Origin: an uncultured Actinomycetes bacterium
Lineage (GTDB): Bacteria > Actinomycetota > Thermoleophilia > RBG-16-64-13
Assembly (NCBI GenBank): GCA_963706025.1
Contig: CAVPLM010000024.1
Span: forward strand, 1-13,475
Reading direction: 5' to 3'
DNA length: 13,475 nt
The position numbers were made by a program, and so were the translations under genes. A model generated the notes under the pieces. That model worked only from the letters and a program-made list of their open reading frames with translations. It ran no database searches and was not told where the DNA came from. Of this stretch, positions 6,071 through 13,475 are shown in pieces. The number at the start of each line of letters is the position of its first letter. Within the stretch, counting starts at the first letter, position 1.

Positions 6071-6883
6071 TCAGTTGGATGGCACCCCTTCGGGCTCGTC
6101 CAACGAGTCGAGGAAGTCGCTCAAGCAGCGTTTGAGGAAGAACTCAAGGGCCGCGAAGGAACGTTCCAGTTCGAAGCCTTTGGGTCTAAGGGCAGCCTGC
6201 AGCGCGAGTCCGTCCACCACGGCGACCATCAGAGAGACGAAGCCTATGTATCGCTCTCGATTCTCCGGTCGCACCCGCTCCGCCAGCCCAAGCCACTCGA
6301 CGTTCATCTTGTAGTACCACTCATACAGGGCGGCGACTCGCTGGCGAAGCCGCTCGTCGCGTATTACGTAAGGCAGGAGGTCGAAGAACACGAGAAAGCC
6401 GTCCGCGTCGGCCGCCAGCCGGGTCTGGCCCTCGATGTACCGCTGCAGCCGCTCGTCGCCGGTGGTCCCCCGAGTGTGCTCGGCCAGGGCGAGACAATCG
6501 TCATAGTCCAGAGAGTCGAGGATGGCCAGGATAAGTCCATCTTTGTTGCCGAAGTAGTACTTGATGGAGGCTTTGTTCTTGCCCGCCTCGGCCGCGATGG
6601 CATCCAGCCGTAGCGCATCGAACCCGCCCGCGAGCAACAAGCGCCGAGCGGCTTCCAGAAGCTTCTGCGCAGTGTCGGGCAACGAAAGCGCGGGGTCCTC
6701 TACCGGGAACCCCAGGAGCTCGTGGACCTCCGCGGCTGCCGTGCCGGGGGCGGTGGCCGCCGAGGGTGTGATCGGGGCGGGGGCCGTGGGCGCCACGGGA
6801 ACGGACGCGGCTCCGGTCGCGGTCGCTGCTGCGATAGCGGGCGCGGCTCCAATCGTGGTGGCTTCCGGTGGGGAAGAGGTCAT
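6071..6883 (-). CDS. TetR/AcrR family transcriptional regulator with an N-terminal low-complexity extension
   Basis: HTH: KLLEAARRLLLAGGFDALRLDAIAAEAGKNKASIKYYFGNKDGLI. C-terminal AVVDGLALQ. The start overlaps the livM stop (ATGA) and has GGAGGAG upstream. Confidence 0.9.
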   Translation of the reverse strand: MTSSPPEATTIGAAPAIAAATATGAASVPVAPTAPAPITPSAATAPGTAAAEVHELLGFPVEDPALSLPDTAQKLLEAARRLLLAGGFDALRLDAIAAEAGKNKASIKYYFGNKDGLILAILDSLDYDDCLALAEHTRGTTGDERLQRYIEGQTRLAADADGFLVFFDLLPYVIRDERLRQRVAALYEWYYKMNVEWLGLAERVRPENRERYIGFVSLMVAVVDGLALQAALRPKGFELERSFAALEFFLKRCLSDFLDSLDEPEGVPSN

Positions 6884-7965
6884 GGGGTCTCCTCCGCGCC
6901 GGGTTCCACTGGCCGGGACTCGCGCCGGCGGCGAACAGCCGCCTGGACCGAGTCGATGGCTCCCATCATCCCGCGAGGAGCCAGCATCACCATGATCACG
7001 ACCAGCGCCCCAAAGATGAGTAAGCGCCAGCGGTCGAATTCACGTAGCCAATCGTTGACGAAGATGATGATGAACGCGCCAATTGCCGGGCCGGGAAACT
7101 TCCCGATGCCCCCCAGAAGCACCATGATGACAAGGTAGATGAAGACTTCGAGCCCCAAGACCCGAGGGGATACCACCCCCGTGTAGTGCGCGTAGAAGGC
7201 GCCCATCAGGCCCGTCATGAGCCCAGACAGCCCCACGATGAGAAGCGACACCTTGTACCGGGAGATACCCAGGCTCTGGGCGAAGGACTCTGAATCATGC
7301 AGGGCGACGAAGCTGGTGCCGAAACGGGAATTGATGGCGAAGAAACCGACCGCGAGGCAGACGATGAAAAGCCCCAGAGCGAGGTAATACCAGGGTATCT
7401 GATTCGACCCGCTGAAAGTATAGCCGCCGATGCTGTACGGGGTCACAGGTGAGATGCCTCGTTTGCCTCCGGTCCCGATTGCCGCGCCCACGGTCAGAAG
7501 CGGAGCCAACACTTCGTAGAAGGCGAGGGTCAGAAGGGCGATGTAGATGCCGGCCAACCGCAGACAGGGCAGACCGATAAGTACGGCGATGATTCCGCCG
7601 GTGGCCGCGCCGGCCAAGAGGCCCCACCACGGGTTTATGCCCGCGTTCTCCGACAACATGGCCGACGTATAGGCGCCGATGGCGAAGAACCCGATCTGGC
7701 CCAGATTGAAGATGCCCGCGTAGCCGAGTAGGAGATCCCAAGCTATGGCTACGCCGCCCCAGATCATGGAAACCACCAGCAGCCGCATGGTGTAGTTGCT
7801 GTCACCCAAGGCAAGGGGCAATAGCGCAAGGATGACGATCATGCCCATCACCATGCCGGTCTGGCGACTAAGCCGCAGGGCTTTGGGCCGGTCGCCCGGC
7901 AGTGGCGGCTCTTTCGTTCGGCCGCTCGTCCTTCCGTCGTTCATATCCGGCATATGGGCGGTCAT
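6880..7965 (-). CDS. livM: Branched-chain amino acid-type ABC permease (LivM family)
   Basis: WDLLLGYAGIFNLGQIGFFAIGAY, LRLAGIYIALLTLAF, SRFG..FVALHDSE..A.SLGI, MVLLGGIG...GP.IGA, APRGMMG. ATGA overlap with livH. Confidence 0.9.
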   Translation of the reverse strand: MTAHMPDMNDGRTSGRTKEPPLPGDRPKALRLSRQTGMVMGMIVILALLPLALGDSNYTMRLLVVSMIWGGVAIAWDLLLGYAGIFNLGQIGFFAIGAYTSAMLSENAGINPWWGLLAGAATGGIIAVLIGLPCLRLAGIYIALLTLAFYEVLAPLLTVGAAIGTGGKRGISPVTPYSIGGYTFSGSNQIPWYYLALGLFIVCLAVGFFAINSRFGTSFVALHDSESFAQSLGISRYKVSLLIVGLSGLMTGLMGAFYAHYTGVVSPRVLGLEVFIYLVIMVLLGGIGKFPGPAIGAFIIIFVNDWLREFDRWRLLIFGALVVIMVMLAPRGMMGAIDSVQAAVRRRRESRPVEPGAEETP

Positions 7966-8840
7966 CCTTTCCTCGCCGTGGCCCCGAACAGGCCGGCCGG
8001 ACGAACCAGAAGGATCAGGAACAGGACGAGGAACCAGAACGGCATCACCCAGAGGAGACCAAGCTTCCAGCCCACGATGGCTTCAAGGATGCCCAGAATG
8101 AAGGAAGCGTAGAGAGTGCCTTTGATGCTGCCCAAGCCCCCGGCGATGACGATGATGAGAGCCTTGACCAGGAAGGTCCAGCCGCCCAACGGCGTCATGA
8201 AGAACCGCGGCGCGAGCAGGATGCCCCCCGCCCCACACAGCAAGGTGGATATGCCGAAAGTGATGGCAAACACGCGAACCAGCGGGATCCCGACGATGCG
8301 TGCCCCCACGGGATCCTGGGCCACAGCCCGCATGCTCATGCCGGTGCGGGTCTTGGCCATGAATACGAAGAGCACAACGGCCACCACCAGAGCGAAGGCG
8401 AACATCGCCAGCAACTGCCAGCTGATGGTGAAGCCCCCGATCTTGACGCTCCCCTCCAGGAATGCGGGCAGAGATTTGGTGCGCGGTCCAAAGATCACGA
8501 GTACCAGGTTGTCCAAGAACACGGCCAGGCCCAGAGTGGCGAGCAGCACGCTGAACTCGAACTCCGGGCGGCTGCGCAGGGGCCGAATAATCACCTGGTC
8601 GACCGCCAACCCCATGAGGAACATGATCGGCAGCACGACGATGAACACTAAGAAATAGTTGAGCGACGCGTAGCCCACCGCGATGACCCAGGCCAGATAC
8701 GCGCCCCAGGTGAAGAAGGAGCCGTAGGCGTAGTTGAGTACCCGGCCCACCCCATAGCAGAGGGTGAATCCCACCGCCACCAGGAAATAGACGATGCCGA
8801 TGGTGAACCCGGTGATGAGCACTTCTATGAACTCTCGCAC
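7962..8840 (-). CDS. livH: Branched-chain amino acid-type ABC permease (LivH family)
   Basis: LVAVGFTLCYGVGRVLNYAYG, TRTGMSMRAVAQD..GARIVGI, IAGGLGSIKG, LVRPAGLFG. GTG start with GGAG upstream. Confidence 0.92.
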   Translation of the reverse strand: MREFIEVLITGFTIGIVYFLVAVGFTLCYGVGRVLNYAYGSFFTWGAYLAWVIAVGYASLNYFLVFIVVLPIMFLMGLAVDQVIIRPLRSRPEFEFSVLLATLGLAVFLDNLVLVIFGPRTKSLPAFLEGSVKIGGFTISWQLLAMFAFALVVAVVLFVFMAKTRTGMSMRAVAQDPVGARIVGIPLVRVFAITFGISTLLCGAGGILLAPRFFMTPLGGWTFLVKALIIVIAGGLGSIKGTLYASFILGILEAIVGWKLGLLWVMPFWFLVLFLILLVRPAGLFGATARKG

Positions 8841-8864
8841 CTCGGTCTCCGATCCCTCTCGCGC

Positions 8865-9572
8865 TTAGGTGATCCCCAGGAAGACCTTGCGCACCGCGTC
8901 GTCGCGCAGGGCCTCGTCTTTGCTGCCCGAGAACGCGATGCGCCCGTCTTCGAGGAGGTAGATGTAGTCCGACTGCTCCGCGATGTCGCCGGTGGTCTGC
9001 TCCACCAGGAGTATGCTGAGCCCCCGTTCCCGCAGAGCCACGATCTGTTCGAACACTTGCGTCCGCAGGATGGGCGCCAGACCGAACGAGGGTTCGTCGA
9101 TGGCCAAGAAACCCGCGTTTGACATGAGACCCCGCCCGATGGCCAGCATCCGAGCCTCGCCGCCGCTCAGAGTAAGGGCGGTCTTCTTTGCGAACTCCTT
9201 TAGTCGAGGGAACATACCGAAGACCAGTTCGAGATTCTCGGCTTCCTTCCCACGAGCGTTCTTGTTGTAAGCCCCCAAGCGCAGGTTCTCCATCACCGTC
9301 ATTTCGGGGAACAGATGGCGCTCCTCGGAGATGAGCACGACCCCCATCTCGACCAATCTATGCGAAGGCAGACCCTGTATCTCTTGACCCTCGAAGCGCA
9401 CGATCCCGCTGGCCGGCTTCATGAGTCCGCAGATGGTCTTGAGCAGGGTGCTCTTGCCGTGGCCGTTGGGTCCAAAAATCGACACCAACGCGCCGCTCTC
9501 CACACGCAGTGACACGTCGTGGATAGCCTGGTACTCGCCGTAGAAGGTGTTGATGCTCTCTACCTCAAGCAC
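8865..9572 (-). CDS. livF: ABC ATPase (LivF family)
   Basis: Walker A GPNGHGKST, signature LSGGE, Walker B LAIDEPSFGLAP and the LivF-type LVEQ. Confidence 0.92.
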   Translation of the reverse strand: MLEVESINTFYGEYQAIHDVSLRVESGALVSIFGPNGHGKSTLLKTICGLMKPASGIVRFEGQEIQGLPSHRLVEMGVVLISEERHLFPEMTVMENLRLGAYNKNARGKEAENLELVFGMFPRLKEFAKKTALTLSGGEARMLAIGRGLMSNAGFLAIDEPSFGLAPILRTQVFEQIVALRERGLSILLVEQTTGDIAEQSDYIYLLEDGRIAFSGSKDEALRDDAVRKVFLGIT

Positions 9573-10293
9573 GCTTACCCCCGACCAGGCATTCGATCAC
9601 AGCGGGGTCTTCTACCACTGCCCGGGGCTCGCCTATGCAGAGCATCTCTCCGTAGTTGAGAACCAGCATGCGATCGCACAGGCGGGTCAGCGCACTCATG
9701 AGATGCTCGATCATGATGATGGTGAGACCCCATTCCTTGTTCAAGCGCCGGATAAGGTCGAGGCTCTGCTCCGCTTCCACTGCGCTCAGCCCGCCCAAGG
9801 CTTCGTCCAACATCAGCAGGCGGGGTTTCGTGGCTAGAGCGGAGGCCAGCACGGTCAACTTCTTGTCGTAGAGCTTCAAAGTGCTTATGGGGCGGTCTTC
9901 CTTGCCCTCCAGACCGACGAAGGCGATGAGTTCGCGGATGTCGGTCCAAGGAACCCGGTGAAGAACCGTGTCACCTTTGCCGCCGTAGTACTCACCGATG
10001 CGCAGATTCTGGGCCACCGTCATGGAATGGAAAGGCTGGACCAGTTGGAAGGTGCGGGCTACACCCAGATGGGTGACGCGGTGGGGCGGCAGACCGTCGA
10101 TACGCTTACCATCGAGAAAGATGCGACCGGAACCGTGCAAGAAGCCCGAGATCAGATTGAAGACCGTGGTCTTCCCAGCCCCGTTCGGTCCGGCCATGCC
10201 GAAGACCTCCCCCTCCTGTACGTCGAAGGAGAGGTCGTTGACCGCGGCCAGCTCGCCGAACCGCTGGGTCACATGTTCCAAAGAGAGCAGCAC
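9565..10293 (-). CDS. livG: ABC ATPase (LivG family)
   Basis: Start revised to GTG10293 (GAGGA 9 nt upstream); the longer start at 10371 runs through the intergenic hairpin. Motifs: FGELAAVND, GPNGAGKTT, GVARTFQ, LMLDE, IEH. 8-bp overlap with livF. Confidence 0.9.
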   Translation of the reverse strand: MLLSLEHVTQRFGELAAVNDLSFDVQEGEVFGMAGPNGAGKTTVFNLISGFLHGSGRIFLDGKRIDGLPPHRVTHLGVARTFQLVQPFHSMTVAQNLRIGEYYGGKGDTVLHRVPWTDIRELIAFVGLEGKEDRPISTLKLYDKKLTVLASALATKPRLLMLDEALGGLSAVEAEQSLDLIRRLNKEWGLTIIMIEHLMSALTRLCDRMLVLNYGEMLCIGEPRAVVEDPAVIECLVGGKRA

Positions 10294-10329
10294 CTGGGTG
10301 GGTCCTCGATCCCTTCGCACCGTGTGGTC

Positions 10330-10365
10330 CGGAGCGGCGGCGGGACACGTCCCGCCGCCGCTCCG
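10330..10365. repeat. Perfect 17-bp inverted repeat after the SBP gene (mRNA stabiliser or partial terminator)
   Basis: CGGAGCGGCGGCGGGAC-AC-GTCCCGCCGCCGCTCCG, 17 nt downstream of the SBP stop. There is no U-tract on either strand. Confidence 0.9.
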
Positions 10366-10382
10366 TCTCATCGGTCGGGATG

Positions 10383-11702
10383 CTACTTAGCTTCCCAGGC
10401 CGGTTCGATGTACTGCGGCAGTACGAACTCGTCGGTACCGAAGAAGGCCAGCTCCCCCCCGCCCATGTACTGACCGTAGGCAATGGGGAAGTCGGGGCCC
10501 GCCTGCACCGTCTGCTCCGGGTTGTTGAAGTCGTACACGCCCAGCAGACCAGTGTACGGATTGGCCCTCATGTGATCTGCGATTTCCGCGTATTTGGTGG
10601 GATCACCCACGGCTTTGACCGCCTCCACCCAGATCATCACCGAGTCGTAGGTGGACGGAGGTGTCGTCAGGGGCACCGGCATCCCGAACATCTCCTCGAA
10701 ACGAGCTTTCCAGGCATCGTTCTCGGGGCTGGGAGGTACGAAGCTCGTCACGTACCCCATGACACCCGTGAGCGATTCGCCGACGGCCTCCTGGGTCTCC
10801 GTGAAGACGACCATGTAGGAGATGTCGAGCAGCGAGGGGGTGGGGTCCTCCATGAACTGCTTCACGAACGACGAGATGTCGGCCACCGACAGCACCGAGC
10901 ATACGATGGCGGCCGGCTCCAACGAACGGATCTGGGTCAGGATGGAGCCCCAGTCGGTGGTACCGTAGGGGAAGGTCTCGTTCATGACCACTTCCCAGCC
11001 GGCGGCTTCAGCTTCCGCCGCCACTGCTGCGGTGTAGTTGAGGTCCCACTCCAGGTCGCCGTGCAGGATGGCGATCTTGTTGTTGGGATAGGTGTACTGG
11101 TCTTCGAACTGGATCATGCCCTCCCAGGCACGTTTCCCGTACTCCGCCTCGACCGGGAACACCTGGAACATGTTGCCGAAGGTCTCGGGATCGCCACTGA
11201 CCATCTCGGCAGCCCGCACCGAGCCGCTACCGTGGACGAAGGGGACGTCGCTCTGGGCGCCGAAGGCCTCGAAGTCAGGGCCGTAGCCACCGTAGCCCTC
11301 GACCACGAAGTCGACTCCTTCTTTCTCGATGAGGTAGTCCTTGGAAGCAGCTACCGTCTCGGGGAGCAATTCCTGGATGTCGAACGTCACCAGTTCCACC
11401 GGGCGGCCCAAGAGACCGCCGGCCGCGTTGAGATCGGCCACCGCCATCTCCAGACCCATCTCCATGTGCTGCCCGTCGGCCGCGTAGGCTCCGGTCAGCG
11501 GTAGTGGGGCCCCTATCTTGATAGGCTCGCCGCTGGGCGGGGCTGCGGTGGTCTCAGTGCCTGCCGCGGTGGTCTCGGTACCGCCGGCGGTGGTGGTGGT
11601 CGCCTCTTCATCCCCTCCGCAGGCCGCCGCGAAAGCGGCGAGCGCGAGGATCACCAGGGCTGCTAGGAGCACGATCAGGATTGTGTTCTTTTCTCTTCGC
11701 AT
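10383..11702 (-). CDS. ABC substrate-binding lipoprotein, LivJ/LivK (periplasmic binding protein type 1) superfamily
   Basis: Basic N-terminus, hydrophobic stretch and lipobox AAAC-GG, then a Thr-rich tether. PIKIGAPLPLTGAYAADG, LNAAGGLLGRPVELVTFD, TTDWGSILTQIR, YDSVMIWVEAVKAVG, YTGLLGVYDF. Confidence 0.92.
   Translation of the reverse strand: MRREKNTILIVLLAALVILALAAFAAACGGDEEATTTTAGGTETTAAGTETTAAPPSGEPIKIGAPLPLTGAYAADGQHMEMGLEMAVADLNAAGGLLGRPVELVTFDIQELLPETVAASKDYLIEKEGVDFVVEGYGGYGPDFEAFGAQSDVPFVHGSGSVRAAEMVSGDPETFGNMFQVFPVEAEYGKRAWEGMIQFEDQYTYPNNKIAILHGDLEWDLNYTAAVAAEAEAAGWEVVMNETFPYGTTDWGSILTQIRSLEPAAIVCSVLSVADISSFVKQFMEDPTPSLLDISYMVVFTETQEAVGESLTGVMGYVTSFVPPSPENDAWKARFEEMFGMPVPLTTPPSTYDSVMIWVEAVKAVGDPTKYAEIADHMRANPYTGLLGVYDFNNPEQTVQAGPDFPIAYGQYMGGGELAFFGTDEFVLPQYIEPAWEAK
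11542..11604 (-). repeat. Degenerate 21-bp tandem repeat (about 3 units) encoding the SBP tether ATTTTAG-GTETTAA-GTETTA
   Basis: Plus-strand units: gctgcggtggtctcagtgcct / gccgcggtggtctcggtaccg / ccggcggtggtggtggtcgcc. Confidence 0.8.
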
Positions 11703-11718
11703 CTTTCTTCCCCCTGTC

Positions 11719-13221
11719 CTAAAGCGTTTTCTCTATGTCGATGGCCACCGTTTTCAAGTGGGTCACGTCATCGAGGGTGAAGCGGCCCCCGAGTCGTCCG
11801 TGGCCGCTCTTCGTCCCGCCTCCACCGCCGAAAGGCTCATGAGCTTCCCAGTAGTCGGTGCTGTCGTTGAAGACCACGTTGCCGGTGCGGAGCTGATCCG
11901 CATACCAGAAGCAGCGCTTGATGGATGAGGTAAAGACCGACATCTGCAGACCATAGCCGGTCTCGTTGGCGATCTCGACGGCTTCGGCGTCGGTGGTGAA
12001 CTCGATGACAGGCGCCACCGGCCCGAATGTTTCCTCCTGGTTGAGAAGCATGTCCCGCGTCACCCCGTCGATCACCGTGGCCGGGAAATACAGGTCGGTA
12101 GGCCGGCCGGATTCACGCGCCCCACCCATCAGGATCTCCGCCCCTTTCGCCCGGGCATCGTCAAGGTGCTGCTCGGTCTTGAGGGCCGTGGGTTCGTTGT
12201 TGAGCGGGCCCATGGTGGTGGCGGGATCCAGAGGATCACCGAGAACGTAGCCCTTGGCCTCCTTCATCAGCAGGTCCAGGAATTCGTCGTGGACCTTCTT
12301 GTCCACGAGGATACGCTCGGTCGCGCAGCACACCTGGCCGGCGTTGTAGAAGCAACCGAATGCCGCCGCCTTCGCGGCCTCCTCGAGGTTGGCGTCGGCG
12401 CAGACTATCTGCGGACCATTGCCACCCAGTTCCATGAGAGTCATTTTGATGCCGGCCCGCGAGCAGATGGCCTCTCCGGTCACGGTCTCGCCGGTGAAGC
12501 CGATGAGAGCCACATCCGGGTGGGCCACCAGATAGTCGCCCACCACCCCTCCCGGACCGGTCACCAGATTGAAGACGCCCGGAGGCAGATCGGACTCCTC
12601 CAGCGCGTCTTGGATGCACCGCCCGACCAAGATCATGGAGAGCGGGGTCGTGGAAGCCGGTTTCATGACCACCGTGTTGCCGACCGCCAGGCCCGGCCCC
12701 AAGTACTCGGAGGGAATCACGGTAGGGAAGTTCCACGGTGTGATGACCGCCATGACCCCGTAGGGCTCCCGGAAGGTCAGCACGCGCTTCGCGGGGTCTC
12801 GCATAGGGATGACGGGGGTCTCCATACGCACCACGTCTTCGGCGGCCAGCTGGAAGTTGAGGGCGGTCTCCAAGACCTCGGGCAGGGCCTCACCAGCGTA
12901 GGGCTTCCCTTGCTCCACCGAGAGCACTCGAGCGATCGGCTCGGCCCGTTCCCGGATGAGCTCCGCCATGCGCAGGATCACTTCGGCCCGCTTGAACACC
13001 GGCATCGCCCGGTAGGCCGGCCAGGCCGCCTTGGCCGCGGCCACCGCGGCATCGATGTCGGGAGCTGCGCACTTCGGCACCTCGGCGAGGACCGCCCCTG
13101 TCACCGGACTGCGGACCGCGAATCTGGCTCCCGAGAGGGCGTTCACCCACCGGCCGGCGATAAGATTGCTCCTGTCCTCGAGCTCCTCGGGTATCACTGC
13201 CTTGCTGCTTGCACCGACCAT
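11719..13221 (-). CDS. NAD(P)-dependent aldehyde dehydrogenase (semialdehyde dehydrogenase-like)
   Basis: ITPWNFP, KPASTTP, FTGETVTG, catalytic MELGGN and NAGQVCCA, EETFGPV, PFGG...KSGHGR. GAAGGGGGG precedes the ATG. Confidence 0.95.
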   Translation of the reverse strand: MVGASSKAVIPEELEDRSNLIAGRWVNALSGARFAVRSPVTGAVLAEVPKCAAPDIDAAVAAAKAAWPAYRAMPVFKRAEVILRMAELIRERAEPIARVLSVEQGKPYAGEALPEVLETALNFQLAAEDVVRMETPVIPMRDPAKRVLTFREPYGVMAVITPWNFPTVIPSEYLGPGLAVGNTVVMKPASTTPLSMILVGRCIQDALEESDLPPGVFNLVTGPGGVVGDYLVAHPDVALIGFTGETVTGEAICSRAGIKMTLMELGGNGPQIVCADANLEEAAKAAAFGCFYNAGQVCCATERILVDKKVHDEFLDLLMKEAKGYVLGDPLDPATTMGPLNNEPTALKTEQHLDDARAKGAEILMGGARESGRPTDLYFPATVIDGVTRDMLLNQEETFGPVAPVIEFTTDAEAVEIANETGYGLQMSVFTSSIKRCFWYADQLRTGNVVFNDSTDYWEAHEPFGGGGGTKSGHGRLGGRFTLDDVTHLKTVAIDIEKTL

Positions 13222-13269
13222 AAGCCCCCCTTCACGATCCTTGCATCGCCAACGTTCTCGTGGCTCAGG

Positions 13270-13473
13270 TCAGAGCCAACGGGTGCTGCGCCGGGCGAAA
13301 CGCAGACCGGCGCGTTTGAGGTCTTCGACATAGGCCAAACGCACTTGGCGCGCCAACCCTTCCGGCGGGAGCACCCCTCTCTGCGTGATGGTGCCGTCGA
13401 GGAGGTAGCCGGCGTAGATGGCGGCAGGAGTAGACGTCCCATACGAGATGCGGTTCGCCCCCGGGATCATCTG
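13270..13473 (-). CDS. C-terminal fragment of a saccharopine dehydrogenase-family protein (5' part outside the window)
   Basis: The frame is open to the window edge. ISYGTSTPAAIYAGYLLDGTITQRGVLPPEGL....YVEDLKRAGL fits the C-terminal pattern SYxTGxPAxIxAxxLxxGxxxxxGVxxPE...L...GL of saccharopine dehydrogenase, carboxy(nor)spermidine synthase and lysine 6-dehydrogenase proteins. Confidence 0.7.
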   Translation of the reverse strand, partial: QMIPGANRISYGTSTPAAIYAGYLLDGTITQRGVLPPEGLARQVRLAYVEDLKRAGLRFARRSTRWL

Positions 13474-13475
13474 GG

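Noticed and set aside
6043-6071. Bidirectional terminator between the converging nucleotidase and TetR genes
   Set aside because: Only a short weak stem (TGAGG...CCTCG) with no U-tract.
10380-11504. 374-aa plus-strand ORF (also 7902-8651 and 9958-10473)
   Set aside because: Antisense shadows of the ABC transporter genes with no recognisable motifs.
11542-11604. Repeat considered as a CRISPR or mobile-element remnant
   Set aside because: It is an in-frame coding repeat with no spacers, and no cas, transposase or integrase gene is present in the window.
13222-13269. TetR operator or sigma-54 promoter upstream of the ALDH gene
   Set aside because: Only a loose CACGA...TCGTG pairing and no GG-N10-GC match. 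The operator is more likely upstream, outside the window.
13194-13442. 82-aa minus-strand ORF overlapping the ALDH start
   Set aside because: The alternative frame ending at 13270 carries the saccharopine dehydrogenase-like motif and is the credible one.

Overview
High-GC window, inferred (not proven) to be from an Actinomycetota such as Thermoleophilia, based on the lipoprotein with a Thr-rich tether. It has two blocks. The left block (1-6045) is phosphate/phosphoester themed. It holds a 5'-truncated PhoR-type HAMP-PAS-HisKA-HATPase kinase (+). Converging on the kinase is a two-gene minus-strand unit (a small CxCC/CxxC zinc-ribbon protein and a 2TM-domain protein) preceded by an 11-bp-spaced OmpR/PhoB-type direct repeat. 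Next come a fused GpgS-like glycosyltransferase/SerB-like HAD phosphatase, a DUF3472-like hypothetical protein and a divergent 5'-nucleotidase-family metallophosphatase with no signal peptide. The right block (6071-13475) is one minus-strand operon: the C-terminus of a saccharopine dehydrogenase-family protein, an aldehyde dehydrogenase, a complete LIV/HAAT-type ABC importer (SBP, LivG, LivF, LivH, LivM) and a translationally coupled TetR regulator with a long Ala/Pro/Thr extension. No rRNA, tRNA, CRISPR array or mobile element was recognised. The best novelty candidates are the GT-HAD fusion with altered acceptor-site residues, the putatively Pho-regulated small-protein pair and the amine/amino-acid uptake-oxidation operon. 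All family calls come from motif recognition by eye; no searches were run.
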